NCBI GenBank assembly: GCA_013349585.1
Contig: DUZG01000001.1
Span: 3,499-67,498, forward strand
Direction of reading: 5' to 3'
From: Nitrospinota bacterium
Lineage (GTDB): Bacteria > Nitrospinota > Nitrospinia > Nitrospinales > VA-1
DNA length: 64,000 bases
Below, in pieces: positions 41,796 to 50,859 of the stretch (the stretch's first letter is position 1; every line of letters starts with the position of its first letter). The translations under genes and the position numbers were made by a program. The notes under the pieces are model-generated. The model did not search any database. It worked only from the letters and a program-made list of their open reading frames with translations, and was not told where the DNA came from.

Positions 41796-42173
41796 TCACC
41801 ACCTGTTGAACCTATTTTGTGAGGTACCCTTCATTGTTTCTCGCAAACGGCTGGTTAAAACTTTTAATATTGGCAGTAAGACTTCCGGTTTTTCTTTGGA
41901 AAGCTTGTCAAAATTAATTTGAGTCATTCTAAATACAACTGAATCTTCAAGCGCTCGGGCTGTTGCGGAACGAGGCCTCCCATGGATCAAACCCATTTCG
42001 CCAAAAATTTCATTTTCATTTAACCGCTTAATTAGCTTCTGACCTTCAAGAGTGTTTTCTATTATCCCAACGGATCCGGAAATAATGATAAATGCGCAAT
42101 CACTGGGGTTACCCTGACTAAACACGGTTTCGCCTTTTGTTAAATTTCTCCTGTGATTCATCTTAGTCACCAA
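41796..42173 (-). CDS. Stand-alone cyclic nucleotide-binding (Crp-type) domain protein
   Basis: VFSQGNPSD, FGEMGLI, PRSATARA; no HTH. Confidence 0.9.
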   Translation of the reverse strand: MVTKMNHRRNLTKGETVFSQGNPSDCAFIIISGSVGIIENTLEGQKLIKRLNENEIFGEMGLIHGRPRSATARALEDSVVFRMTQINFDKLSKEKPEVLLPILKVLTSRLRETMKGTSQNRFNRW

Positions 42174-42207
42174 TAAATTGTTTTAATTTTGTACTTATTA
42201 GTGATAC

Positions 42208-42225
42208 AAGCAAAATTTAAGCCAA
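42208..42225 (-). promoter_or_regulatory. Sigma54 (-24/-12) promoter of the cNMP-domain gene
   Basis: Minus strand TTGGC-TTAAATT-TTGCTT (GG-N10-GC), about 35 bp upstream of the ORF, with an extremely AT-rich region upstream. Confidence 0.7.
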
Positions 42226-42464
42226 TTATAATAAAAAAGTTAAAATAACAGCGTAATACTGTTCAAAAAGCGTATTCATAGATAAATATTAAATCTTAAT
42301 TTGTATTAATATATTTAAATGTAATTAAATAGTAAAAATATAATTTATATGTATTAATTTTTATAAATTTTTATTTTTGTGAGAAGCAGATTAGATTTGT
42401 TTGATTCTAGTGATAATCAGATTGAGTCTGCTAAAGTTATTTTTATTAAAATAGAGGAAAATGT

Positions 42465-43392
42465 GAGTTAAGGAGGGATACTATTGATTTTTTAATTCCT
42501 CTTTTAACGGTCTGATAGATTCAATTTTACCTTTGAGGAGGATATTTCGAAACTCACTGTTTATTTTTTAGAGGAGTTCCGACGAAAGAAGGGGGTTTGT
42601 TTAACCTTAATACGGTTTTTTGATCTCACATTGTGCTGAGAGTGAAAGATACGATTAAACGATTTTATATGATTCAGAGCTTCTTCAGCGTTAGGGGTTC
42701 TTTTTATAAGTAGGCGGTCTTCAGTAGATGCAAAGCCGTTTTCTAGCAAAAGAGAGTCCAGTAAATCGAGACAACCATCGAAATAATCATCCTCCTTATG
42801 GTCGAGCAAGGCAATGGATCTGGCATGCACTTTCCCGTTTGGAATAAGGTCAGGTTTTTAAAGCCTTCGTCTATAGTGCCCAATCCAGCTGGAATAATTA
42901 CTGTGGAGTGCGACTCTTTTATAAATACCAGTTTTGAGTAAAAAAATATTTTAACTACATGAGGTTAGCAGAATCGTAAATAAAAGAGTTTGTCGCTTGT
43001 TCGTGAGGTAGTTTTATATTCAATCCGAAACTATTGTCGACAAAGGCTCCACGGTTCGCGGCTTTCATAATTCCTCCACCTGCGCCGGAGTTAATCATGA
43101 AGCCATTTTCAACGAGGCTTTTCGCCAACTCGTAATTAAGGTCTGATTCAACAACTCTGACCGAGCTAAATAAGGCTACTTCCCGTATTTCTCGATAAGG
43201 TTTGAAAATTTTAAATGAAGATCTCAGTTCCTTAAGGGCTTGATTAATGAGTTTATAGTCCCCTCGATCATTATGTTCTATCCCCCCCATTAGCAAAAGA
43301 GTGATTAGAATTTCTTCGAATAGAGACTCGTCACCACAATTTTTGGGAAGCTTACGGATAAATGCCGGGATATCCTGGGGAGATGGGGTCAT
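42465..43392 (-). pseudogene. LOG family (TIGR00730-like) protein pseudogene
   Basis: SGAGGGIMKAANRGA, GLNIKLPHEQ, then across stops and frameshifts KYFFT and PAGLGTIDEGF (PGGxGTxDE motif). Confidence 0.85.
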
Positions 43393-43509
43393 TTTTATTA
43401 AAATTCATTATATGAGCAAATATTTTCAAAGTCTCAATTAAGTTGCTACAATCACTCTAGAAAACTTGTCCCGCACATATGGGGGCTTAATTTGTAAAGG
43501 ATTTCAATT

Positions 43510-43707
43510 ATGAATGATAAAGTATTAATCATTTCCATATTAAGCCTGCTGGGAATCGGCTTTGTTGCTGTACTTTTTGTTGCCGTGCCGTGGCTTATAA
43601 ATTACGCATTGCCCGACTGGGAAAATACTTTATTGGATAGTGGGATCGTAATGGTTGCCATAGTTCTTTTTGTATATGGCTTCTATATGAATACTCGAAT
43701 GCATTAG
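43510..43707 (+). CDS. Small 2-TM membrane protein (paralog 1)
   Basis: 65 aa; SD-like AAAGGA upstream; ungapped similarity to the next ORF. Confidence 0.75.
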   Translation: MNDKVLIISILSLLGIGFVAVLFVAVPWLINYALPDWENTLLDSGIVMVAIVLFVYGFYMNTRMH

Positions 43708-43716
43708 AGTATCCAT

Positions 43717-43914
43717 ATGGATGAAAAAAAACTGATAATAATTCTGACAAGCCTACTGATATTGGGCTTTCTATCCCTGTTTATCATAATAATTCCTTGG
43801 GCCAATTGGAGCCGTATTCCAGATTGGAAAGCAATAGCAACTGACAACCTCTTAATGAGTCTCATCGCCGCAGCCATTGGTTACGGGATCTATATAGGTT
43901 CCAAGACTATGTAG
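43717..43914 (+). CDS. Small 2-TM membrane protein (paralog 2)
   Basis: 65 aa; shares KxLII, SLLxxGF, PW, PDW, D and YGxY with paralog 1. Confidence 0.75.
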   Translation: MDEKKLIIILTSLLILGFLSLFIIIIPWANWSRIPDWKAIATDNLLMSLIAAAIGYGIYIGSKTM

Positions 43915-43915
43915 C

Positions 43916-44695
43916 CTATATTTTTCTCATTTTAAGAATAACCAGAGCAAAAATCCCTAAAGAAATTAAAGTCCCCGAAGCGCCAAGCAGAAACTCTCCT
44001 ATATAAAAAGTAACGCCAAGGTTAAAAACCAATACCCCAAAATATAAGCCAGGTCCCAAAAGAGCCTGTCCCGGTATTTGCTTTGTTCGGGCAGGGGTTT
44101 TGCGATCTATCCAGGAATTTAAAGCTGCAAAGCAAGTGAGGGTTGCAGCCGCTACAAAAACCCAACCGGCAAAATTGGTTAAAGGGATGTGGAAATATTC
44201 TCCCGGTTCAATATAGAAATAAATTTTACCAAGAAACCATCGATCTCCCAGGAATGCGATAGGATCAATAATAACGTCCATCAACATACACAGAACGGAT
44301 GCCGAAGCGATCACTTTAAAAGAATGTTTGATGGGGGTGATATCGCCTAGACGGATGTCCCATGCCTTTTTATCTAGAGGTGCCCACAAGAACAGACTCA
44401 ACGTATAACTCACATAAATGAGAAATGAAAAAGAAAGCGAGTCCATAAAAGGCACATTGCTGATCCACAGTTCCTGTTCTCGAGTTGTGTCGATATAAGT
44501 GTAAAATCCAAAAGGGAAACCATTTCTTGTGGAAGAATATTCACAGATAAATGCGACAGTGTAAGCCAGAACTGTGAATAGCAAGGAGCGCAACACGCCC
44601 ATATTTAAAATGGCAATTGTCAGGAATACAGCTAGAAAAACGAAAACATAAGGGCGAAGTAATACCGTGCCCCAAAGCAGAGAAAGAGTTTCCAT
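43916..44695 (-). CDS. Carotenoid biosynthesis (CruF-like) membrane protein
   Basis: EYSSTRNGFPFGFYTY, DVIIDP, IPLTNFAGW. Confidence 0.8.
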   Translation of the reverse strand: METLSLLWGTVLLRPYVFVFLAVFLTIAILNMGVLRSLLFTVLAYTVAFICEYSSTRNGFPFGFYTYIDTTREQELWISNVPFMDSLSFSFLIYVSYTLSLFLWAPLDKKAWDIRLGDITPIKHSFKVIASASVLCMLMDVIIDPIAFLGDRWFLGKIYFYIEPGEYFHIPLTNFAGWVFVAAATLTCFAALNSWIDRKTPARTKQIPGQALLGPGLYFGVLVFNLGVTFYIGEFLLGASGTLISLGIFALVILKMRKI

Positions 44696-44698
44696 GAA

Positions 44699-45682
44699 TT
44701 AGCGGTGGTTTTCTTGGAACCATTGAACAGACTGGCTCAATGCGTTTTCGACCGGGTTTTGTGGCAGTCCCAATTCGCGGATAGCTTTGGATGAATCAAA
44801 ATACATAAAGTATTTGGCCATCTTCACCCCTGCAAGAGGTACAGCGGGTGGCTTTTGAGTGATTAGGTTAGACATAGCCTCACAGGCCAGACCGGCCGTA
44901 TAAGCCACCCAATAGGGCATCTTGATAGATGGCGCCGGGATGCCTGTTATCTTTTCCAATGCTAGAAGAATTTCTTTTAAAGACATATTTTTGTTTCCAA
45001 GAATATATCGCTCACCGGGCTTGCCCTTTTCTTCGGCAAGAATATGGCCACGGGCGCAGTCGGATACATCGATTAGGTTCAGTCCCGTATCTAGATATGC
45101 GGGCATTTTACCATTTAAAAAATCCACAACAATTTTTCCGGTAGGAGTTGGTTTGATATCACGAGGTCCGACAGGTGTGCTGGGGTTGACAATGATAACA
45201 GGAAGTCCTCTGCCCTGTATTTCAAGTGCGATTTTTTCTGCCTGAAATTTAGATGTTTTGTAATCGTTGCTCAAGGTAGTAGGATCCATAGGCTGGTCTT
45301 CGTTGGCAGGTGTGCCATCGTTACGCAAGCCCATGCAGCCGACGGTGCTGGTATAGACAACTCGTTCCAGCCCAAGTTCCAAAGCCGTTTCAAGAATATT
45401 GCGAGTGCCCTCGACATTGATATCGTAAATGAGCTTTTTATCGCGATCCCATAAACTGTAATAGGCAGCTACATGGTAGAGGGTCGAGCACCCTGTCATG
45501 GCAGATTTTAAAGAGGAGCGATCACGGATATCGCCTTTCACCACTTCTACCTGCAAGCCTGAAGTATTACTCAGGTCTGAATCTTTTCGGACCAACAGCT
45601 TTATCTTTCGCCCGTCTTTAAGTAGTTCTCGTGCAACGGCTGAACCCAAAAAACCTGTGGCACCTGTAACTAAGGTGGTCAT
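44699..45682 (-). CDS. hpnA: Hopanoid-associated sugar epimerase HpnA-like
   Basis: VTGATGFLG, YKTSK, VNPSTPVGPRDIKPTPTG, MPAYLDTGLN. Confidence 0.85.
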   Translation of the reverse strand: MTTLVTGATGFLGSAVARELLKDGRKIKLLVRKDSDLSNTSGLQVEVVKGDIRDRSSLKSAMTGCSTLYHVAAYYSLWDRDKKLIYDINVEGTRNILETALELGLERVVYTSTVGCMGLRNDGTPANEDQPMDPTTLSNDYKTSKFQAEKIALEIQGRGLPVIIVNPSTPVGPRDIKPTPTGKIVVDFLNGKMPAYLDTGLNLIDVSDCARGHILAEEKGKPGERYILGNKNMSLKEILLALEKITGIPAPSIKMPYWVAYTAGLACEAMSNLITQKPPAVPLAGVKMAKYFMYFDSSKAIRELGLPQNPVENALSQSVQWFQENHR

Positions 45683-45775
45683 AATTTTTTTAGAGGAGAA
45701 GATTGAAAAAACATTTTATCCCTATCATACTAATCTTCCTCTTTCAGCGGAGAAGAGGTTGTTCGGTTTACTACA

Positions 45776-45810
45776 ACTCCCAGACTAGGGAGAGGGTTTT
45801 GGTGAGGGGA
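45776..45810 (-). repeat. REP-like element
   Basis: Minus strand TCCCCTCACCAAAACCCTCTCCCCTAGTCTGGGAG; intergenic. Confidence 0.55.
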
Positions 45811-45838
45811 ATTTGATAATGCCGTCAATAATGTTTGA

Positions 45839-46864
45839 TTAGATAAAAATTTCTATTTTGGCTGTTTTTTCTAGATCGACTACATATTCTTTGAACAGTT
45901 TTTTTGTTTCCCTTTTCATTAATACATTCAAAATGTCGCTTTGTGCTTCTTTAAAAGGGATCAATACACTTGGAACAATTTCGTCCAGCTTCAAGATATG
46001 GTGTCCAAACGAGCTACTGACGATGTTACTGGTTTCTCCTTCATTTAGTTTTACCATAGATTCTGCGATTTCGGGGATCGTGCTTCCTGGATGCAAATCT
46101 CCCAACATTCCACCCTTTTGCTTTGAAACCTCATCTTCTGAGAACTCTTTCGCGAGTTGTTCAAAATTATCTCCAGTCTTAACTTTTTGCAATACTTCTT
46201 CTGCTTTGGCTTTAGCTTCTTCATTGATCATTCGGGTCATGTGCAGGGCTTTTTTATGACTGGCTTCATCGGCGGATTTTTGGGGAGATGGAATTGTGGA
46301 AATAAGAATATGTCTTATTCGGTACAATGCAGGTTTCATAAATTGAGATTTATTGGTGTTGTAGAAATTTTTGACAGTATCATCTTTTAATTTTACCTTT
46401 GGAGCTATTTCATGGCGAATCAATTCGTCTTCCAAGAGGGTACTTTCAATCTTTTTTTTGAGAGACTTTATATTCATACGTTGAAAAGCTAGTGCCGTGA
46501 TGAATGCGGTATGATTAGGAAACTTGTCTTCAATACCTTGAATTTGCGAGTCAATTTGCTCAGGTGATATTTCGATATCGAGGGATTTTGCTTTCTGAGT
46601 GATTATTTCCTTCATGATCTCTGATTTAAGAACTTCACGGGCTATTATAGGTTCTTCCGAGGGAGAAATTTTTTCCCCTTGAAACTGGGCACGCAATTTA
46701 AAAGAGATGAATTCGCTTTCCAATTGGATGGAGTATATTGAGACTCCATTGACTTTGGCAACAATAGTAGGGACAGGTTTTCCATCTAATTTAAAGACAT
46801 CAGGTTCTGCCTCAACCAGACAGGGGATAAGAAATAACAATAAGGTTAGTAATTTATATTTCAT
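45839..46864 (-). CDS. SurA/PrsA-like periplasmic peptidyl-prolyl isomerase
   Basis: Signal peptide, IVAKVNG, RHILIS, FEQLAKEFSED...GGMLG, SSFGHHILKL. Start placed at ATG 46864. Confidence 0.88.
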   Translation of the reverse strand: MKYKLLTLLLFLIPCLVEAEPDVFKLDGKPVPTIVAKVNGVSIYSIQLESEFISFKLRAQFQGEKISPSEEPIIAREVLKSEIMKEIITQKAKSLDIEISPEQIDSQIQGIEDKFPNHTAFITALAFQRMNIKSLKKKIESTLLEDELIRHEIAPKVKLKDDTVKNFYNTNKSQFMKPALYRIRHILISTIPSPQKSADEASHKKALHMTRMINEEAKAKAEEVLQKVKTGDNFEQLAKEFSEDEVSKQKGGMLGDLHPGSTIPEIAESMVKLNEGETSNIVSSSFGHHILKLDEIVPSVLIPFKEAQSDILNVLMKRETKKLFKEYVVDLEKTAKIEIFI

Positions 46865-46958
46865 AGTTGGTCTGGTATTTTTTAAGGAAGATAAAAGATA
46901 AGAACATTGAAAAGATATCATAATTCGGTTTCGGTTTACCAGCAAGTGCAGTGGAAAC

Positions 46959-46997
46959 AAAAAAAACCCCCCGACCCAAAAGGGCCGGAGGGTTTTT
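46959..46997 (-). terminator. Intrinsic terminator of the porin gene
   Basis: Minus strand GC stem-loop (aaaccctccggccc-tttt-gggtcggggggttt) ending in a T8 tract, about 12 bp after the stop. Confidence 0.85.
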
Positions 46998-47009
46998 GTA
47001 GAGACAAAA

Positions 47010-48461
47010 TTAGAACTTCACATCAAACTGAACGTAGGCCCAGTCTGCGTCATCAGTTCCTGAAAACGTGGAAGCGTTGGTGCGCAATTCAGCTCCATTT
47101 TTCAATGCAAAAAAGCTATTAGTTGCATCATAGTGTGAGTACCCGATCATTACCTTGGTATTAGCATTTATTTTAGTGACTGCAGTAATGTCAAGCTCAG
47201 TACCTAGGTCATTAGAGAGGGATTCCGATCCTGCAGCTGTTGCATTGGCGAAATTTCTCGTGGTTGTATTTGCAGCTATACTTTCAGCTGTCCAGAACCA
47301 ATGGTAGTCTGCTTTTAAGGTCCAACCTGGGATTGGGTTGACTTTCGTCTTTAATGCCAAATCCTGAAGGCCCAGACCCTGTGTTCCAGAACTACCACCT
47401 GAACCTATACCCAAGAATACATCCTGCAAGCCATAGAACTTATGACCCGTATCCCATAGTGTATTAAAACTGCTCCAATCACCATTCCTTTGATCTTCAT
47501 CGTTTGTTCCTGAAAGGTAATCATACCATACCGTAACGCCAGGTTTGAAGGAGACGTTGTTGAATGTCTTCCCTACACGTAAACCAAACATGTACGCTTC
47601 TCTATCAGCATCTGTAGCCAAGTTTGCCGCCGTTAGGGCTGTGTCTTTTTGACCGTTTCCATTACCCCACTGGTAATAAGCTTCCCCACGGTAATCTAAG
47701 CCAGCCAATTTACCTGCCTGACGACCACCCATAGTCCATATATCATTAGCCCTGGTTTGAGCAGCAGCTGCAGAAGAATTTGAATCCCAGTTTAAATAAC
47801 CAGAGAACTGACCTCCTAAAACACCCTTTACATTCAAGTGTGCCAGATAACTTTCTCTATCTGTAGAATCATTTGGATCATCTGTTCTGTCATTTTCTAC
47901 TGCGCTTATGTACGCTAAAAACAAACTAATATTATCATGTTTGTGGCTGAAACTGATTGCATCATGCGTCTGCATACCCGCTGTCCAGATTGTGTTACCG
48001 AACAGGCGCCAACCATCAAGCAAAATTTCCTGACGACCAATCTTTGCATCTAATGGCGCACCGAGGAAATTCTTTAAAGTGAAATAAGCCTGATGCACAC
48101 CAACAGAAGCGTCGGCATCATTTACAGTTCCGGATGCATTACCAGAACCTCCATTATTACCGGTAGCTACACCACCATTTGTTTGACCCCAAGTACGAAT
48201 GCTCTGCATTTGGATGAAAGCGGACGTGGTCTCGTTGACGTTTGCTGTTACCGCAAGTCGAGTTGAGGTGAAGATCGAATCATCGGGCTTATTCGCGAAT
48301 GAACGCCCTGCACCATCACCGGCACCAGCTCCTTGTTCGTTTGCTTCCCAGCGAGATCGAAGCTGCCCACTGAATGTAATGTCGGCTGCTTTAGCAATTT
48401 CTGTCGATACAAAGAATGCGGCGACGGCCATTGCGGCTACAGTCAATAAATTCTTTTTCAT
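47010..48461 (-). CDS. Alginate export family outer-membrane beta-barrel porin
   Basis: Signal peptide, QAYF...KIGRQE, DYLSG, DTGHKFYG, LGTELD, C-terminal YVQFDVKF; strong SD GGAGGA. Confidence 0.85.
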   Translation of the reverse strand: MKKNLLTVAAMAVAAFFVSTEIAKAADITFSGQLRSRWEANEQGAGAGDGAGRSFANKPDDSIFTSTRLAVTANVNETTSAFIQMQSIRTWGQTNGGVATGNNGGSGNASGTVNDADASVGVHQAYFTLKNFLGAPLDAKIGRQEILLDGWRLFGNTIWTAGMQTHDAISFSHKHDNISLFLAYISAVENDRTDDPNDSTDRESYLAHLNVKGVLGGQFSGYLNWDSNSSAAAAQTRANDIWTMGGRQAGKLAGLDYRGEAYYQWGNGNGQKDTALTAANLATDADREAYMFGLRVGKTFNNVSFKPGVTVWYDYLSGTNDEDQRNGDWSSFNTLWDTGHKFYGLQDVFLGIGSGGSSGTQGLGLQDLALKTKVNPIPGWTLKADYHWFWTAESIAANTTTRNFANATAAGSESLSNDLGTELDITAVTKINANTKVMIGYSHYDATNSFFALKNGAELRTNASTFSGTDDADWAYVQFDVKF

Positions 48462-48530
48462 GCTTTTTCTCCTCCAAGTTTTGTTGATGACTAACTACTT
48501 TTTTGAAAACTGAATACTATTTTTAAATTT

Positions 48531-48598
48531 TAATACTTTTTAATACTTTTGAACTCTTTAATACTTTTTAATACTTTTGAACTCTTTTTGAACTCTTT
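48531..48598. repeat. 28-bp perfect tandem duplication built from ~10-bp subunits
   Basis: taatactttttaatacttttgaactctt at 48531-48558 and 48559-48586, plus an extra tgaactctt. Confidence 0.9.
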
Positions 48599-48838
48599 AA
48601 GTAAGTTATTGAAACCTTACGTAAGGTGATTATTCATGTGAGATTGCACTAAAACCAGTAGAAAAGATACCACTATACCAAATAGAAATCAAAGGTTTTT
48701 TGGCATTTTTTGGCATTTATTTGATTTTTACCTCATGCTTCTTGCTATTCGTACTAATCGATTTAGGGTAAATCCATTTTATCTAAGAATAAATAGTATA
48801 AGTTATTGAAAATAAAATTAATTTGGACTTGCAAAATT

Positions 48839-50698
48839 TTACTCTAGTTCCCAGAAATAGGTCGAAAAAGTGCTGGTCATAGGGGATGTTTCACTGACAT
48901 AGTCTTTATCTATCGTTACAATGAACACATCGGCCCCGGCATTGCCTTTTCGGGGCACGACCCGAAAAGCACCTAGATAGCCTTTTTGCTTATGGGACTC
49001 GAAAAGTCTCTCAAAACCCTCTCGATTTACGCCTAAAATAGCTAACCCAGAATTTTCTACAATGACCATCTGGTCTAACATCCCATTTCCAGCCACATAA
49101 TTTTTGGGTAGAACCAGAAAACGACGACTGCCATTTTTAACAAACTGGAGTCGGCTTTTGTAGCGAACGGCCTTAGCTCTGGTAATATTGCTAGAGCCAG
49201 AAGCTAGACCTCCAAATTCTTCTACCACTCCGACATCAATAAAACGCGGATCGTGACCGTAGTATTCGTCTGATTTTACTATTACTCTCCCTTCCGGGGA
49301 ATAGACTCTCAGGTGGTATTTATCATCAAGAATAATAGTGTCCTTGATCTTGTTTCCGCTCAGGTCGGTTTGCGTCAAACCATATAAGCTGAAGAATTTG
49401 CCATAAATATCTGGAGTATTCAATTTGGATCCCAAGATATAGCGCCTTTTTTTATATAGAACCTTTTTTATCGAGCCATGAAAGGGGGCTTCAAATCCCG
49501 TGCTTTGCGACAAAAGGGTTGGCTTTGCTCCAAAAGGGCGAATGATGCGGAAATAAAGGTTCACGTCTTTCCAGACATGTTTGAAATTTTTTCCCCCCGG
49601 TTGCCGCTCTAGCGCAAAAGATTCCAGCTTGTCGCCCACCTGGTTAGTGACAAAAATTTCATCACGGCCATTTCCATTGATATCGCCCACATCGACTCCT
49701 AAAAACCGGTCAACCCCTTTTCGCTTCCTTAATTGGCCAATTTTTCTTAGCTTGCCTTTTTTTAGTTTATAGACCATGACCCGATAACGGTCGATGAGAA
49801 CGTATTCGTTTTTGCCATCGCCGTTCAGGTCCCCTGCATCGAAGTCCACAATTTCATAGGGGAACTGATTTTTGTCAATGAATTTGAAAGGTTGATTCTT
49901 GGCGTCAAAACTGGTTTGTGTGCCTCTTCTTGTTTCTCTTCGTGCTTTTGCCGCGGGTAGGTCATCTGATAGTACTTGAGCCTGTTTTTGCAGTGAACCG
50001 TCTTTTGAAGAGACCAGCTTGTAACTCAAAACCATCTTTCCCTTAATAGTGTGGACATTGGGAATCAAAATGAGGTCAGCATTGACTTTGCGCTTCAGCC
50101 GTCTGAGGCTTTTGGATTTTAAGGCAGAGGTCTCGTTTAGTTTTTCATCAATCATCCACAAACCAAAATCAAAAGCTGGAACCTCAAAACGTGGGTGCCT
50201 ATTCAACTTCTTTTCCAGGTTGAGACGAAGCCGGTCGGCATCAATTTTTTTTCGAGTTTTAATATTAGGTGGAGCGACCAGAAAAGTTAGCTTTTGAAAT
50301 GGGCTTCTAACACCATCGCCTTCTTTTGGGAGTGCCGTTGGATTAAGCGATCGAGCATGCGAGAAATCCTTTCGCACTTCTAGTATTTCAACTTCGCCCA
50401 AATCTGTTTCCTTTCGCCCCACCTTCTTTTTGGTGACAGGATGAAAAAGCTCTCTACCGTAACGAATCAGTTTTAGACGGTCTCCTTTTTTTACTGCCAT
50501 ACCACGCTTGAGGTCGAGGGTCAGTCCGTTACCCTCCACGGCAATGACATAACCTTCCAGTGGGGGATAAAGCGATTCAATTTGAGAGACGATGCGATCC
50601 AAAGTTGCATCGGACTGAGCAAAAACAAGCCCAGGCAAAAATGCGGCAAATGAAATTATGGCAATTAGAAATATTTTGAGAAAGCTTTGTTTTTGCAT
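48839..50698 (-). CDS. Exported FG-GAP/VCBS repeat protein
   Basis: Signal peptide; AGDLNGDGKNE, VGDINGNGRDEIFV, TDLSGNKIKD. Confidence 0.8.
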   Translation of the reverse strand: MQKQSFLKIFLIAIISFAAFLPGLVFAQSDATLDRIVSQIESLYPPLEGYVIAVEGNGLTLDLKRGMAVKKGDRLKLIRYGRELFHPVTKKKVGRKETDLGEVEILEVRKDFSHARSLNPTALPKEGDGVRSPFQKLTFLVAPPNIKTRKKIDADRLRLNLEKKLNRHPRFEVPAFDFGLWMIDEKLNETSALKSKSLRRLKRKVNADLILIPNVHTIKGKMVLSYKLVSSKDGSLQKQAQVLSDDLPAAKARRETRRGTQTSFDAKNQPFKFIDKNQFPYEIVDFDAGDLNGDGKNEYVLIDRYRVMVYKLKKGKLRKIGQLRKRKGVDRFLGVDVGDINGNGRDEIFVTNQVGDKLESFALERQPGGKNFKHVWKDVNLYFRIIRPFGAKPTLLSQSTGFEAPFHGSIKKVLYKKRRYILGSKLNTPDIYGKFFSLYGLTQTDLSGNKIKDTIILDDKYHLRVYSPEGRVIVKSDEYYGHDPRFIDVGVVEEFGGLASGSSNITRAKAVRYKSRLQFVKNGSRRFLVLPKNYVAGNGMLDQMVIVENSGLAILGVNREGFERLFESHKQKGYLGAFRVVPRKGNAGADVFIVTIDKDYVSETSPMTSTFSTYFWELE

Positions 50699-50788
50699 AA
50701 GTTGAGTATAAAAAATAGTTCCCGTTACTTTGAGTTACTTAACAGCCAAGGTTTCTAACAAGTATCTTGATGAGAAATATTATTGCTT

Positions 50789-50829
50789 CCCCCCTCATTC
50801 TGCCCTTATCCCTCCGTGGGAAAAGGGAC
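50789..50829 (+). repeat. Degenerate REP-like element
   Basis: ccccctcattctgcccttatccctccgtgggaaaaggga; same layout as the 45776 element. Confidence 0.45.
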
Positions 50830-50859
50830 TGAGTGAACCAACTCCCTAAGGTATGTAAT

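Noticed and set aside
48531..48598. CRISPR-like array
   Set aside because: Repeats are adjacent with no unique spacers, and there are no cas genes.
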